From the NCBI GenBank assembly GCA_964236955.1, contig CAXSGP010000021.1:1-54026 (forward strand): 54,026 nt of DNA, given 5' to 3'. The notes under the pieces are model-generated. The model saw only the letters and a program-made list of their open reading frames with translations, was not told the origin of the DNA and made no database searches. Source of the stretch: an uncultured Oligoflexus sp. GTDB lineage: Bacteria; Bdellovibrionota_B; Oligoflexia; Oligoflexales; Oligoflexaceae. Numbering within the stretch: the stretch's first letter is position 1; each line of letters begins with the position of its first letter. Below are positions 9,309 through 20,490 of this stretch, one piece after another. Both the position numbers and the translations under genes were made by a program.

Positions 9309-9879
9309 GGAAACCTCACAACCGGCATTCGCTGCCGAAACGTTGGCAAATTAAAACATTAACTCCAAAAACTAACAGACATAAACCTGTCCTGAGGAAT
9401 TGATTCAAATAGCGATCGGGCTAGTTCCACGGAAACCGTCCTATCGGAGCGGACTCCCCTATCGTTCTCAATACCATTAGGGAGAGGCAGCAATGCCGGT
9501 GTTGAGAAAAACCGAAGCATTAGTGGAACTCATGATCTTGGCGATTTCAGCACTTTGAGTGCGATTCCTAGGCAAGATAGTCCTTGGGATCCGATCTATG
9601 CCAGATCAACCAGGAAATCTCAAGAGAGAAATCGCAGGCTTGATAGGAGCTTGAGCATGAATGTATCGGAGCCCTAACTCGTTCAAAAAGCCTCAGGGAA
9701 TTATCTAGCGGACATTCCAAGCCTGCATCGCAAAACACAACAGTACCGGGACGAGCGTAACGAGAAAGCTAAAAGCTTATGCTACCCACACATCAAGTTC
9801 GGCTGTATCACTCAAGGATTTTTCCTTCCCCTTTGCCTCAATCATGAGACCACCGTTTGGATATCCCCTGGCCATAATC

Positions 9880-9910
9880 AAAAAAAAGGCTGCCTCCCGA
9901 TGGAGACAGC
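9880..9910 (-). terminator. Rho-independent terminator after the TonB-dependent receptor
   Basis: Minus strand GCTGTCTCC-ATCG-GGAGGCAGC then C and T8. Confidence 0.8.
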
Positions 9911-9941
9911 TGCCTATGCTCTTTGATATTTGCATCTGACC

Positions 9942-12581
9942 TTAAAAGGACTGATTCACATTCATATAAATCATGCGGCCATTAGCGCTGAAGATCTCCT
10001 CAACCCTCTGATCATCGCCGAGACGTTCGGTGTCGTCCCTTGGAAACTTCTTATTCAAGAGATTGACGGCACCGACAGCAACCGCACCCTTCCAAGGATG
10101 AGTCCACTGATACTGAACATCGTAAGTACTAAAGGACCCCATGTAACCCGTGGTTGTAGTCGTTGGCGTTTTGTCTTGTTTGGCGATGATGTTATTGCGG
10201 AGGGTAAAGTCATGACCGCCTGCACCGGCTGTCCCTGTATTGACCATACGCCATGCAGGATGACCGCGGTCATTGAGATAATTCCTTTGATCCGCACCGG
10301 GGTAAGGCACAATTTTAGAGTAGAACTTTCGGGAATAATCGTTAGTCAAAGTGACACGAATGGTATCGATAGGCACTTGATACTGAGTAAGGACGTCGAC
10401 GCCAGCATTTTCTGCTTTACCAAGGTTGGCCGTAGGAACCCGAATCGTTTTGAGAGGTCCGGTTGGATCCCCATTGACATGAACGATGTCTATCCCTGGC
10501 AGGGGGGTTCCTTCCGCTGCAGCGTCGAGAGCACGCTGGGCATCGACAGGCGTGATCACATCATTGATTCTCAGGTACCAATAATCCAATGAGAGCGAAA
10601 GTCTCTCGCTCGGGTCAGCAACGAAACCAGCCGACCAGCCGAATGACGTTTCTTCCTTTAGGTTTTTGTCGCCGTAAGTCTCAATTTCAATTTCGTCCTG
10701 ACGGGCCGGACTGGTGGCGATATTGGGCTTATCGTAAAGGTTTTTATAGGTGATCGAACCGGCATCATAAATCTGTTTCAAGGTCGGCGCCTTAAATCCA
10801 GTCCCCGCATTGGCTCGCAGCATCAGGCCCGCAACAGGCTTATATTTAAAACCCAACTTGGGATTAGTCGTCGATCCAAAATCACTGTACTGATCGTGGC
10901 GGGCCGCCACCTGAACTTCAAAAGTCTTTGTAAACGGCATCAGGAGCTCAGCAAAGAGAGCCGTAACGGTTCGATCTCCCGAAGCACTTTTGTTTTGCAG
11001 GACACCGAAAACTGAATTTGTCTCCGATTCTCTGTCGATATTTAAGCTGTAGTACTGATCAAAACGGCTAAGTCCGACCGCTAAACCGGCTTTACCGCCT
11101 TCAAGTTCAAAGACATCGCCCGTGAGGGAGAGGTCATAGGTATTCATGCGGGTTTTATTGACAACAGTGGGCTCATAGTGCGAACTCGCTACCAGCGAGG
11201 CAACCGCAGGATTTGAAAAATTGGTTTCAAAGGGATCGAAGGCACCGCTGGCAATGGCATCGGACACGGGTTTGGTAAGGAGGAAACCTTCCGGACTTTT
11301 GCTGTCCTTTTTACTTTCCGAACGACCGAAGCTTGCATTCCATTCCCAGTCATTCGACAGCTGGCCTTTGATGCCGATCGTCCCGCCGAAGATATTATTC
11401 GTTTCTTCCCAGGTTCTATTGCCCCAGGCCGCGGCCCGATATTTAACATCTGCATCACGGCCAGGTACGAGGGGAACGCCGCTGGTATTGAAGTTCGGAT
11501 GAGCCGCCAGGGTAGCACTCGCAATAGTAAAATTGCCCGCGTTAGGTGCCATGTTCCATAAGTTTTGGTTTCTCTGGGCTCTTAACGTGGCAAACAGGTT
11601 CAGGGTATCGCTCAGTTTATAATCGAGATTGCTGAGGAATCCAAGTTGCTTCACCTCGGGCGAAAAGGCCATTTGATTGGCGTAATTGTAGGTACACTGA
11701 CCATCGTTTCGCTTAAGCTCAGGCGGACAGCTTCCAGCGGCGTAATATGCGGTTTTAGTCGTTTGGGCACCGTTCTCATCAAGGATCGGATCACCATTAG
11801 GCTGCGTGGCCGTGGTGAGTCCAATATTTCCCGGCAGGGAATAGGTACTCACACCGTCGCGAGACCAATCCCGATCACGCCAAAAAACTGGAGCTATATG
11901 GCGATAGCTAAGCGCTGTCAAGAGTTTAAGATTATCGCTATTCACACCATTGACGACACTTAAGCCCGTCTCGGTCCCACCTTTGCCGCTGGGATCGGCA
12001 ACGCGAGCCATGACGGCTGAACCTTCAAAATCCTTCTTCGTTATAATGTTGATTACGCCGCCCGCTGCGTCCGAACCGTAAATGGCGGAAGCGGATTCCT
12101 TTAGCACTTCGATACGTTCGATAGCGGCAATAGGAAACTGCGAGAGATCGACGACCCCTGTGCCTCCCTCATCGGGCAAACGTCGACCATCGAGGAGAAT
12201 CAAAGTGTTATCAGCACCCAGTCCCCGGATGTTGGCATTCGTCACGTTACCGCGTTGATCATCAACCGTGGCGGAGCCGTAGGCACCGTCGATCGATAAG
12301 GTCATGTTCTGAAGCACTTCGCCAACCGTATTCACACCACTTTTCTGTATCGCTTCCGCGTCAACTTCGACGACTGCCGACAGGCCTTCGACGTCACTGC
12401 GTTTCAGCCGTGATCCGGTGATTTGTATACGCTCGGTCTTGGGTTTGGTTTTGCCCTCAGTCGCCTGCGACTCGCCTTCGGGTTGCTTAACTGCCGCATC
12501 CTGGGCAAAGACTGGTGATGAATTAAGGATAGAACTGCTGACTATGGACAGTAGAACTGTCCTGCTTGAAGGTCTCTTCAA
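9942..12581 (-). CDS. TonB-dependent outer-membrane receptor
   Basis: TonB-box-like ERIQITGSR, plug motifs NIRGLGADNTLILLDGRR and IERIEVLKESASAIYGSDAAGGVINIITK, C-terminal F; TTG start with SD GGAG. Confidence 0.93.
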   Translation of the reverse strand: MKRPSSRTVLLSIVSSSILNSSPVFAQDAAVKQPEGESQATEGKTKPKTERIQITGSRLKRSDVEGLSAVVEVDAEAIQKSGVNTVGEVLQNMTLSIDGAYGSATVDDQRGNVTNANIRGLGADNTLILLDGRRLPDEGGTGVVDLSQFPIAAIERIEVLKESASAIYGSDAAGGVINIITKKDFEGSAVMARVADPSGKGGTETGLSVVNGVNSDNLKLLTALSYRHIAPVFWRDRDWSRDGVSTYSLPGNIGLTTATQPNGDPILDENGAQTTKTAYYAAGSCPPELKRNDGQCTYNYANQMAFSPEVKQLGFLSNLDYKLSDTLNLFATLRAQRNQNLWNMAPNAGNFTIASATLAAHPNFNTSGVPLVPGRDADVKYRAAAWGNRTWEETNNIFGGTIGIKGQLSNDWEWNASFGRSESKKDSKSPEGFLLTKPVSDAIASGAFDPFETNFSNPAVASLVASSHYEPTVVNKTRMNTYDLSLTGDVFELEGGKAGLAVGLSRFDQYYSLNIDRESETNSVFGVLQNKSASGDRTVTALFAELLMPFTKTFEVQVAARHDQYSDFGSTTNPKLGFKYKPVAGLMLRANAGTGFKAPTLKQIYDAGSITYKNLYDKPNIATSPARQDEIEIETYGDKNLKEETSFGWSAGFVADPSERLSLSLDYWYLRINDVITPVDAQRALDAAAEGTPLPGIDIVHVNGDPTGPLKTIRVPTANLGKAENAGVDVLTQYQVPIDTIRVTLTNDYSRKFYSKIVPYPGADQRNYLNDRGHPAWRMVNTGTAGAGGHDFTLRNNIIAKQDKTPTTTTTGYMGSFSTYDVQYQWTHPWKGAVAVGAVNLLNKKFPRDDTERLGDDQRVEEIFSANGRMIYMNVNQSF

Positions 12582-12718
12582 TTTATTCTCCCGGTTCTAA
12601 TAAGCAGGTATTATAGCAGGAGAATAAAAGCTTAATTAAGACAATGTCAACCGACGTTAAAAGTAATTGAGCATTTAGCAGGGCACGGATCAAAGTCGGA
12701 GGCGGAGCCTCCCCCGAA

Positions 12719-13723
12719 TTAGCTACGGTCGAGATATTTCCGGACGTCGATAGCGACGGCGCTTACTATAATCAGGCCTTTAACGATGTACTGAAGATTT
12801 GGATTCATGCCAATAAAGGTCAAACCATAGTTGATGACTGAAAAAATCAAAACCCCCGCCAACACACCTTGAGCGGTACCGATACCACCCGTCGTCGATA
12901 CACCACCCACAACACAGGCAGCAATCGCATCGAGTTCGTACATCTCACCATAGTTGCTCTTGGCACCACCCGAACGGGCAGCCTCCAGAATACCCGCTAA
13001 ACCAGCCAAAGCTCCGGCCATGCAATAAATTTTCATGAGTGTCGCGTCCACGTTGATACCGGAGACCCGTGCCGCTTCTTTGTTGCCACCGATCGCGTAC
13101 ATGTTCTTGCCGAGCACGGTTTTGTTGAAAATGAGCCAAACCATACCTGCAACAACTGCGGCAATCATGATGATAATAGGAAAGCCGAGAATGTCGCCCG
13201 AACCCAGCTGGGTAAAATCGGGTCTTAGACCCCCGATGGGCTGCGAGTTATTGGGTTCCTGATCGAAATAAATAAGATTCAATCCATAGACAATGACCAT
13301 AGTTCCCAGCGTCGCGATGAAGGGCGCGATTCTTAATTTGGCAACTGTCCAGCCATTGAGAAATCCAACCAAAGCTCCTGCGGCTATAGCCAGGAGGATA
13401 GGGACAAAGAGGGGAAGGGTCATTAATTCTGGAAAAAATCGTCGCGCATAATCAGGTATTTGAAGCATCGAGGCAGCAACTACAGCAGCCATGCCTACGA
13501 CTCGCCCAGCCGACAGATCCACGCCCCCACTTATGAGAACAAAGGCACTTCCAAGCGCCAGTATCACCTTGGTGGAAGAGCTTAACATAATATTGCGCAA
13601 ACTTCCCAGGGAGAGAAACCCCGGCTCTTTGATGGCGATGGCCGCTATCAGTACGAGTAACACTAGATATATGGCATACTGCACACTGAACCCTTCGACC
13701 TTTTTCCAAGTGGAACGAACCAT
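12719..13723 (-). CDS. mglC: Galactose/methyl-galactoside ABC transporter permease
   Basis: [62 protein letters not shown] before ATG 13723. Confidence 0.9.
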   Translation of the reverse strand: MVRSTWKKVEGFSVQYAIYLVLLVLIAAIAIKEPGFLSLGSLRNIMLSSSTKVILALGSAFVLISGGVDLSAGRVVGMAAVVAASMLQIPDYARRFFPELMTLPLFVPILLAIAAGALVGFLNGWTVAKLRIAPFIATLGTMVIVYGLNLIYFDQEPNNSQPIGGLRPDFTQLGSGDILGFPIIIMIAAVVAGMVWLIFNKTVLGKNMYAIGGNKEAARVSGINVDATLMKIYCMAGALAGLAGILEAARSGGAKSNYGEMYELDAIAACVVGGVSTTGGIGTAQGVLAGVLIFSVINYGLTFIGMNPNLQYIVKGLIIVSAVAIDVRKYLDRS

Positions 13724-13742
13724 TCTTAACACTCCCAGCCTG

Positions 13743-15254
13743 TTAACTGACGAACTGCGTAGCCAATCTTAGTATCTTTTCCTCGGTCGCATCTTCAGCA
13801 GACACTATTCCTGCCAAACGGCCTTCGCACATCACTAAGATCCGATCCGAAAGGCCCATTAATTCCGGCATTTCTGACGATATTACAATGACGCTGCGAC
13901 CCTGGCGGGCCAGGGCATCGATCAATGTGTAAATTTCGGCTTTGGCGCCCACATCGATTCCCCGGGTCGGCTCGTCGAGAAGGAGCACACTGGGTTGAAT
14001 CAGCAGCCATCGTGCCAGAAGCACCTTTTGCTGATTTCCACCGGATAGATTGCGTATGGGAGTGGAGAGACCTGGGGTTTTCACACGCAGATCCTTAACG
14101 CCCTTGTCGGCGTCGACGATTCGGGGGGCCTCCTTTATGAGACCAAAGGGTCCGACATAGGCTTTCTGTTTGGCGACGACAATATTTTCGAGAACGGAAA
14201 GTGAGGGGAATATTCCAGTGGCCCGACGATCTTCGGTCAACAGTGCCATTTTATTGCGGATGGCATCCTGAGGCGATCGAATAGCGACGGCTTTTCCATC
14301 GATGGTAATGGAGCCCGAGGCCATGGGCCGCAGGCCAAATAGGGTCTCAATCAACTCGGTTCGCTGCGCGCCCATCAGGCCGCCGATACCCAGAATTTCG
14401 CCTCGCTTCAAGTCAAAACTCATATCTTTAATACTGCGGCTCGAACGCGAATTCACGCCCTTTACCTGCATATAAACAGCGCCAATAGGTCGATCCTTGG
14501 GCGGAAATCGCTGCGTCAGATCTCGACCCACCATGCGTGAAATAATGAGATCTATTGTCAGGTCCGCGGCAGGCCAAGTCCCCATCATGCAGCCATCACG
14601 CATGATACTGACGTCATCCGCAATGCGCAAAATCTCTTCCATTTTATGCGAAATATAAATGACAGAGACGCCGCCTTTTATCAGGCTTTTGATCACAGCA
14701 AAAAGTCTTTCGCTTTCAGCACCAGTCAATGATGAGGTTGGCTCATCCATAATAATGATCTTGGATCGATAGGAAACTGCCTTCGCAATTTCGATCGATT
14801 GAATTTCTGAAACGGACAGTTTGCCGATCAATACCTCTGGATTCACCGTAATACCAAGTTCTTTGAATAGACTCTGCGTCTGTTCCAGCATTTTCTGGTG
14901 AGATACCCAATGAAAGGGTCCATAGCCAACCGTTGGGAAGCGACCCAGCCACACGTTTTCCATAACGCTGCGATCCCGCACCGGATGCAGCTCCTGGTGG
15001 ATCATGGCGATACCCAGTTCCAAAGCGGCCTTCGGACTGGCCATACTCACCGGCGCGCCGTTGAGAAGGATCTCGCCAGCATCGGGCTTATAGATACCAA
15101 AGAGGACTTTCATAAGCGTGGATTTTCCAGCGCCATTTTCACCCATAAGGGCATGCACCGTGCCGGGACGCACGTTGAGTGTTACCGCATCGAGAGCTTT
15201 GACGCCGGGAAAACTTTTGGAAATTCCCTTCATTTCCAGCGAGAAATTAGTCAT
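13743..15254 (-). CDS. mglA: Galactose/methyl-galactoside ABC transporter ATP-binding protein (two ABC domains)
   Basis: Walker A GENGAGKST, IIIMDEPTSSL, LSGGNQQK, LLLDEPTRGIDVGAK. Confidence 0.92.
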   Translation of the reverse strand: MTNFSLEMKGISKSFPGVKALDAVTLNVRPGTVHALMGENGAGKSTLMKVLFGIYKPDAGEILLNGAPVSMASPKAALELGIAMIHQELHPVRDRSVMENVWLGRFPTVGYGPFHWVSHQKMLEQTQSLFKELGITVNPEVLIGKLSVSEIQSIEIAKAVSYRSKIIIMDEPTSSLTGAESERLFAVIKSLIKGGVSVIYISHKMEEILRIADDVSIMRDGCMMGTWPAADLTIDLIISRMVGRDLTQRFPPKDRPIGAVYMQVKGVNSRSSRSIKDMSFDLKRGEILGIGGLMGAQRTELIETLFGLRPMASGSITIDGKAVAIRSPQDAIRNKMALLTEDRRATGIFPSLSVLENIVVAKQKAYVGPFGLIKEAPRIVDADKGVKDLRVKTPGLSTPIRNLSGGNQQKVLLARWLLIQPSVLLLDEPTRGIDVGAKAEIYTLIDALARQGRSVIVISSEMPELMGLSDRILVMCEGRLAGIVSAEDATEEKILRLATQFVS

Positions 15255-15300
15255 CAACAGCCTCTTCCCTGTCAGTCCAAGCTAATAACGATTCCCATTC

Positions 15301-15341
15301 TGCCTGCCGCCCCTTGACCGGGATCAATGGGAAGGCAGGCA
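15301..15341 (-). other. Intercistronic stem-loop between mglB and mglA
   Basis: TGCCTGCC...GGCAGGCA inverted repeat directly after the mglB stop; this position is typical of mRNA-stabilising hairpins in ABC operons. Confidence 0.55.
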
Positions 15342-15353
15342 AAAATAAAGGGC

Positions 15354-16430
15354 TTACATAGCTTCGTTCATATTGTCTTTCGTAATCATTTTATAAGGGA
15401 TCCAAACATATTTACCATCGCTGATGTCATAGCCGGTGGAAGCTTTGTCGGGGGTCTTGCCTTGCGCCAGGGCCAACGAAACTTCCAAAGTCGCTTTACC
15501 CTGATTCTGAGCATCATTTAAGACTGTGCCCAGCAGAGTTCCATCGGTAAGGGCTTTAAGTGCAGGAGCCGTTGCATCCACGCCTACCACTGGCATGTAT
15601 TTGCCGTCTTTGAAGTATCCTGCGGCCCGAAGGGCTTCGATGGCTCCCAACGCCATGTCATCGTTATTAGCCAAAACGACTTCAATCTTATCGCCTTTTG
15701 AGCCTAGGAAAGCAGCCATTTTTTCTTGGCCTTTGATTCGGTCCCACATGCCAGTATCTTGAGCTACTTTTTCAACTTTGAGCCCGGCATCTTCGATGGC
15801 TTTGATCGAGAACTTCGTCCTTAGCTCAGCATCCTGGTGACCGGGTTCGCCAGTCAGCATCACGTATTGAACAACGCCATCTTTGTTGCGGTCAGCTTCT
15901 GGATGTTTCTTCCAATAATCAACAACAAGTTGGCCTTCCAAGGTACCGGATTCTTCAGCCTTCGCACCGATGTAATAAACCTTGTCCCATTTCTTCATAT
16001 CCTCAGGCATAGGCTCGCGGTTGAAGAACACGATAGGTGTATTGGCAGCTTTTGCCTTGTCGATCATGATGCCCGAAGCCGTTCTATCGACTGGGTTAAT
16101 AGCAAGTGCGTTTACTTTTTTCGTTAGAAAGAGATCAACTTTTTCAGATTGCACAGGCTGCTGGTTGGCGCTGTCTACAAAGTCTACAGTGGCTTTGCCT
16201 TTAGCTGCATTTGCAATCGCAGTACGGACGCCAGACATGTAGGTATCTTCGTATTTGTAGATAGCCACACCAATCGTGACGTCACTCCCGGCAGCCGGCG
16301 TTGAAGCTGGGCTTGCCGTTGGAGTCGTGGACGCCACTTCACTCGCAGGCTTCTTCTTGGTACAAGCGCCTAGAGCAACTAGGGTAAGCAGACCAAGCAT
16401 CGGCTTCGAAACAGAAAGTCTTTTTGTCAT
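15354..16430 (-). CDS. mglB: Galactose/glucose-binding protein of ABC transporter (lipoprotein form)
   Basis: IYKYEDTYM, LAINPVD, VFFNREP, GEPGHQDAELRT, ANNDDMALGA, GTVLNDA; lipobox LGAC; SD AAGGA before ATG 16430. Confidence 0.9.
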   Translation of the reverse strand: MTKRLSVSKPMLGLLTLVALGACTKKKPASEVASTTPTASPASTPAAGSDVTIGVAIYKYEDTYMSGVRTAIANAAKGKATVDFVDSANQQPVQSEKVDLFLTKKVNALAINPVDRTASGIMIDKAKAANTPIVFFNREPMPEDMKKWDKVYYIGAKAEESGTLEGQLVVDYWKKHPEADRNKDGVVQYVMLTGEPGHQDAELRTKFSIKAIEDAGLKVEKVAQDTGMWDRIKGQEKMAAFLGSKGDKIEVVLANNDDMALGAIEALRAAGYFKDGKYMPVVGVDATAPALKALTDGTLLGTVLNDAQNQGKATLEVSLALAQGKTPDKASTGYDISDGKYVWIPYKMITKDNMNEAM

Positions 16431-16460
16431 CAGTAATTCCTTCTTTTTGACTAGCATGAG

Positions 16461-16476
16461 TTGATATCGCTTGCAA
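16461..16476. promoter_or_regulatory. Putative LacI/GalR-family operator upstream of mglB
   Basis: TTGATATCGCTTGCAA, a CG-centred imperfect palindrome fitting TG-N2-A-N-CG-N-T-N2-CA, about 30 bp upstream of the mglB start. Confidence 0.5.
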
Positions 16477-17769
16477 ACTCTTATCACCACCAAACATGGC
16501 CTGACTATTCTGTACTCGTGTTCCCGCCGTCCTGTGGGCTTGAGAGCAGAGTTGCCGATCCATCCTAGATCCATCGGAGCTGGCGCTCGTGCTGCGCCCG
16601 TCATCCTAGTCAGGCAAGCTTGGTCATTGTCACTAAAGCCCTCTTGAACCTTCAATTTCTTTGATTTGTCATGCCCGGAACTTTAGCGTTCCCATTCTTT
16701 ATCATGGCAGGGCCGATTCCTAAAGCTAGGCTTAAAAGTCGTTCCATTACAGTGCTCCATACGCCAAGCAAAAACCCTCTTCCTTTGACAACAATTAAGG
16801 CCAGCAAAGCTTAAACACGCCGACTTCGCGCAAAACAACGCTGCAAAAATGCGCCGGAGAGAGAAGCGCATGCAAAATTCAGACAGCTGTCTGAAGCCTT
16901 TTTTTGATCGGCTTAGACCTTAGCGGCAGCTCCGGTAAATGGGGTCTACGAAAGGCCGGTCGCAGTCTCTATCCTCCTTTTGGATTCTTAACCTATCATT
17001 AGCAACATAATTTTTTGAAAACTACAAGATCGTACCGGAGTTCAAGATATTTTTACCCCTGCCGCAGGCCCGAACATTGGGCTATGGACTGTATGTTCTA
17101 AAAATAGGACTGTCAGGATTTGACCTCGAAGGGCCAGCCCATTTTTTGGGATAGGATTGAATGTCGTTCAGAAGAGAACTACGGCATGATAGAGACTTTC
17201 ATTATGAATCGGCCTGGCGAAACCCGCGTACTTTCTACCAAGTCAGCAGCCTCTGCCAAGGATTTTTCTTCAGCCAGGACATGAATCACAATAAAAAAGC
17301 ACTGAAACTGGAAATCACGAAGTTTCCTGAATCAAAATAAGCCTTGATGGCTTTTTCAATCGTCGGAATACCTGCCTTTTTAACACTTTGGGCTTTAGCC
17401 GCAGGAATAGGCAGCCGTATAAAAAACAATAGGAGACAATCGACATCCGAAAAAGACTTGCTCTGCGTTCGCATCATGACGTGAGCGTAAGGATTGATCG
17501 GGAGTAAAGGTAGTTTTCCTTAACTGCCCGTTCACGCCAGGGCTGCCGCAAGCGAATTCCCTTCACCAGAAGCAATAGGATAAGCAGAAACCGCCGCGAA
17601 ATGAAACCTGACGATACTAGCAAATCGGCATTTTCATTCCATTATATTGCAAATCAGGCGCGGCCGCAGACAGCGTCATTATACTATTTGTTCAAACATC
17701 CGATTGCTGTATCTAGCTCAAAGAGATCAGACCGCTAGGTCCGAAGACCGACCACGGAAAAGGTTTGGA

Positions 17770-20481
17770 ATGCATACTCGGTTCGTCAACAGCAGCAGAT
17801 TCTACTATGGAATTATCCTAGTGATACTGATTGGTATTGGCTTATCGTCCTACCATGGGATTGCCACCCTCATCCAGGCTGCCGCAGATCGGACACAGTC
17901 TCGCCAGATCATCGCTAAAATTGACAATCTGATGACAGCCATTACCACCACGGAAACGGGACAGCGCGGCTACATTATTACCGGGAATTCAGACTATCTG
18001 CAGCCCTACCTTCAATCGATCCAGCCCATAAAAGTCAGCCTCGCTGGACTCAGGCAGGATTTTGCAGGCCATGCGAAAGCGCTTATGCGGCTTGATGCCC
18101 TGGAAGTCCAAATCACCAAGAAGCTTGAAGAATTGGCACAAACCATCAGTCTGCAGATGCTTGGCCGGCGCCAAGAATCGCTTCAGTTGATCGAGAGCAA
18201 CCTCGGTGCCAAATATATGGACGAGATAAGGCACATCCTAATCGATGGCCTCAAATCAGAGGAAGAAGTCCAGCTCAAAGCCCGTGCCGAACACATGGAC
18301 GAGACCTTATCAAGCCTGATCCTTCGCATCACGGCCGGGATCTTTCTAGCTGTTCTCATCACCTTCCTTTCCGTCTGGCTGCTTAAACGCGAGCTTATCG
18401 AAAGAATGGAAATTGAAGGCATTTTGAAGAAGGAACAGCAGCTCCTGACCGATATTATTGCGACCCAGTTGACAGTCGCTACGGCGGGTCTTTCGCTCGA
18501 AAAAGTCATGAATGTGGTGGCAGAGTGCACAAGCAATATTGCCGGTGGTACCGGGGCTATCGTGGAGATTGCGGAGGGGGATCGACTGGTTTACAAAGCT
18601 GTCAGCGGCAGACCTTTAGCAGCTGTGGGATTTAGTGTTTCCATCGCGGGCAGCTTGTCCGGTCTTTGCTTCACCAGCGCCGAACCTTTATGCTGTCACG
18701 ACACTGAAACCGATGCAAGAGTGGATAGGGACGGATGTCGGAAGATCGGCATCCGCTCAATGATAGTTATTCCCTTACGTTTTGAGGGGCAGACTTTTGG
18801 GGTCCTTAAGGCTCTTTCCGACCAGGCGAACTGCTTTTCCAACCGAAATCTCGAAACCATGCATATTATCGCCGGCCTCCTGGCTTCATCGATGGCCTAT
18901 GCTCGGCAGTTCGAGGCGACTCAAAAGGCCGAAAAGGAAGCGAGAGAGGCCTCAAATCTTAAATCCGAGTTCCTTGCCAATATGAGCCATGAAATCCGCA
19001 CACCCATCAATGGCATTATCGGACTGGGACGCCTGCTCGAAGATACCGAACTCACCACCGCGCAAAGGGATTATACGGAAAGCATGCAGCGTTCCGCGAC
19101 CGCCCTGTTAACTGTCATTAACGATATACTGGATTTTTCGAAGATTGAAACCGGAAAATTGGAGCTTGAAATACAGGATTTTGACCTCGACAAGCTGGTC
19201 CTCGACCTCGTTCGGATGACCACGGCTACAGCTCAGGAGAAGGGCCTAGATTTCACAATGGAACCCTCCCCGGAATGGCCTCATCACTTTCTCGGCGATC
19301 CGGGCCGCTTGCGTCAGATACTCTTAAATCTCTTGGGCAACGCTGTTAAATTTACCCACGAGGGAGGGGTTAAGCTCAAAATTCTGCAGCTTGAACGGCA
19401 AGCCGATGCCACTCACTTGCGTTTTGAGATAAAGGATTCAGGAGTTGGTATCCCCAAGGCAACTGAAGGCAAGCTCTTCCTTGCCTTTACCCAGGCTGAT
19501 ACTTCCAGTTCAAGGCGATTTGGGGGAACCGGCCTGGGCTTGACAATCAGCCGCCAACTCGCTCATCTCCTTGGGGGTGAGATAGGCTTTAAAAGCGTGG
19601 AAGGCAGGGGTTCCACCTTTTGGCTTGAACTTCGGCTGGAACATGGCCTTTCGAAACCTGCCGTAAGCAAAGCTCCGGGCTTCGAGCGTTCGCAGGAGGA
19701 TTTGACGCTCAAGAAAATTCTTGTAGCCGAGGATAATGTCGTCAATCAAAAAGTGATACTGGGTTACTTGAAAAAATTGGGCTACTCCCCTGTCCTCGTG
19801 GGCAATGGCCGCCTAGCCCTCGATGCCTTACATACCACACGATACGACTTGATTCTGATGGATTGTCAAATGCCGGAACTTGATGGCTACGAGACGACTC
19901 ATGCGATTCGCTCCGGGATCACGCCCTATCGGGAGATTCCTATCGTGGCGATGACAGCGAGCGCCATAAGAGGAGACAGGGAGCGCTGCCTCGCGGCGGG
20001 TATGAATGACTACATTTCCAAACCTTTGAAAGTCAATGAACTTGTCGATGTCCTCAATCGTTGGCTTTCCCTGTCGATTGACCCAGCGGAAACCTGTTCA
20101 GGTGACGCTGACAATATCCAGTCGGCTGCTATAGTGGACTTGGATACCATCATGGGCCTCCGTGGATTGCCGGGCCAGGGAGAAGGCACCTTGGTCGGGG
20201 AGCTCTACGAGGCCTTCTGCAGCGCCGTTCCGGATCGCATGAAGGCCATGCTGGAGGCCCGCCTGACGAAGGACTATCGAAAAATTTCCTTTGAGGCGCA
20301 CGCGCTTAAAGGCGGTTCTGGTACACTTGGGCTCTTGCGTTTGTGTGCCGTCTGTCAAAAACTGGAAGACCTCACGACCTCGACGACCGAAAAGGAGCTT
20401 GAGCTTCTGATGGCCGAACTTGAAAAAGAATTTGAAATCGCTAAAAAGGCCTTAAATCGATATTCTGACAAAGTCGCATAG
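17770..20481 (+). CDS. Hybrid sensor histidine kinase CHASE3-GAF-HisKA-HATPase-REC-Hpt
   Basis: Two TM helices flanking [11 protein letters not shown] (CHASE3); [47 protein letters not shown] (Hpt). Confidence 0.92.
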   Translation: MHTRFVNSSRFYYGIILVILIGIGLSSYHGIATLIQAAADRTQSRQIIAKIDNLMTAITTTETGQRGYIITGNSDYLQPYLQSIQPIKVSLAGLRQDFAGHAKALMRLDALEVQITKKLEELAQTISLQMLGRRQESLQLIESNLGAKYMDEIRHILIDGLKSEEEVQLKARAEHMDETLSSLILRITAGIFLAVLITFLSVWLLKRELIERMEIEGILKKEQQLLTDIIATQLTVATAGLSLEKVMNVVAECTSNIAGGTGAIVEIAEGDRLVYKAVSGRPLAAVGFSVSIAGSLSGLCFTSAEPLCCHDTETDARVDRDGCRKIGIRSMIVIPLRFEGQTFGVLKALSDQANCFSNRNLETMHIIAGLLASSMAYARQFEATQKAEKEAREASNLKSEFLANMSHEIRTPINGIIGLGRLLEDTELTTAQRDYTESMQRSATALLTVINDILDFSKIETGKLELEIQDFDLDKLVLDLVRMTTATAQEKGLDFTMEPSPEWPHHFLGDPGRLRQILLNLLGNAVKFTHEGGVKLKILQLERQADATHLRFEIKDSGVGIPKATEGKLFLAFTQADTSSSRRFGGTGLGLTISRQLAHLLGGEIGFKSVEGRGSTFWLELRLEHGLSKPAVSKAPGFERSQEDLTLKKILVAEDNVVNQKVILGYLKKLGYSPVLVGNGRLALDALHTTRYDLILMDCQMPELDGYETTHAIRSGITPYREIPIVAMTASAIRGDRERCLAAGMNDYISKPLKVNELVDVLNRWLSLSIDPAETCSGDADNIQSAAIVDLDTIMGLRGLPGQGEGTLVGELYEAFCSAVPDRMKAMLEARLTKDYRKISFEAHALKGGSGTLGLLRLCAVCQKLEDLTTSTTEKELELLMAELEKEFEIAKKALNRYSDKVA

Positions 20482-20490
20482 GAACATCAC

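Noticed and set aside
9930..10592. 220-aa plus-strand ORF and similar antisense ORFs (31943..32632, 33194..33826, 38086..38649)
   Set aside because: They lie antisense to strongly supported genes and have no recognisable features
16499..16615. 9-bp inverted repeat GCCTGACTA/TAGTCAGGC upstream of mglB
   Set aside because: Too short over a ~100-nt span to distinguish from chance, and it does not overlap the RBS
16431..16655. N-terminal extension of mglB in the ORF track (similar extensions at 6569, 17647, 22273, 30159)
   Set aside because: For mglB, 22141 and 30366 a downstream ATG has a clear SD, with a signal peptide at the N-terminus for the first two; the 6758 and 17770 starts are less certain, but the extensions look non-coding
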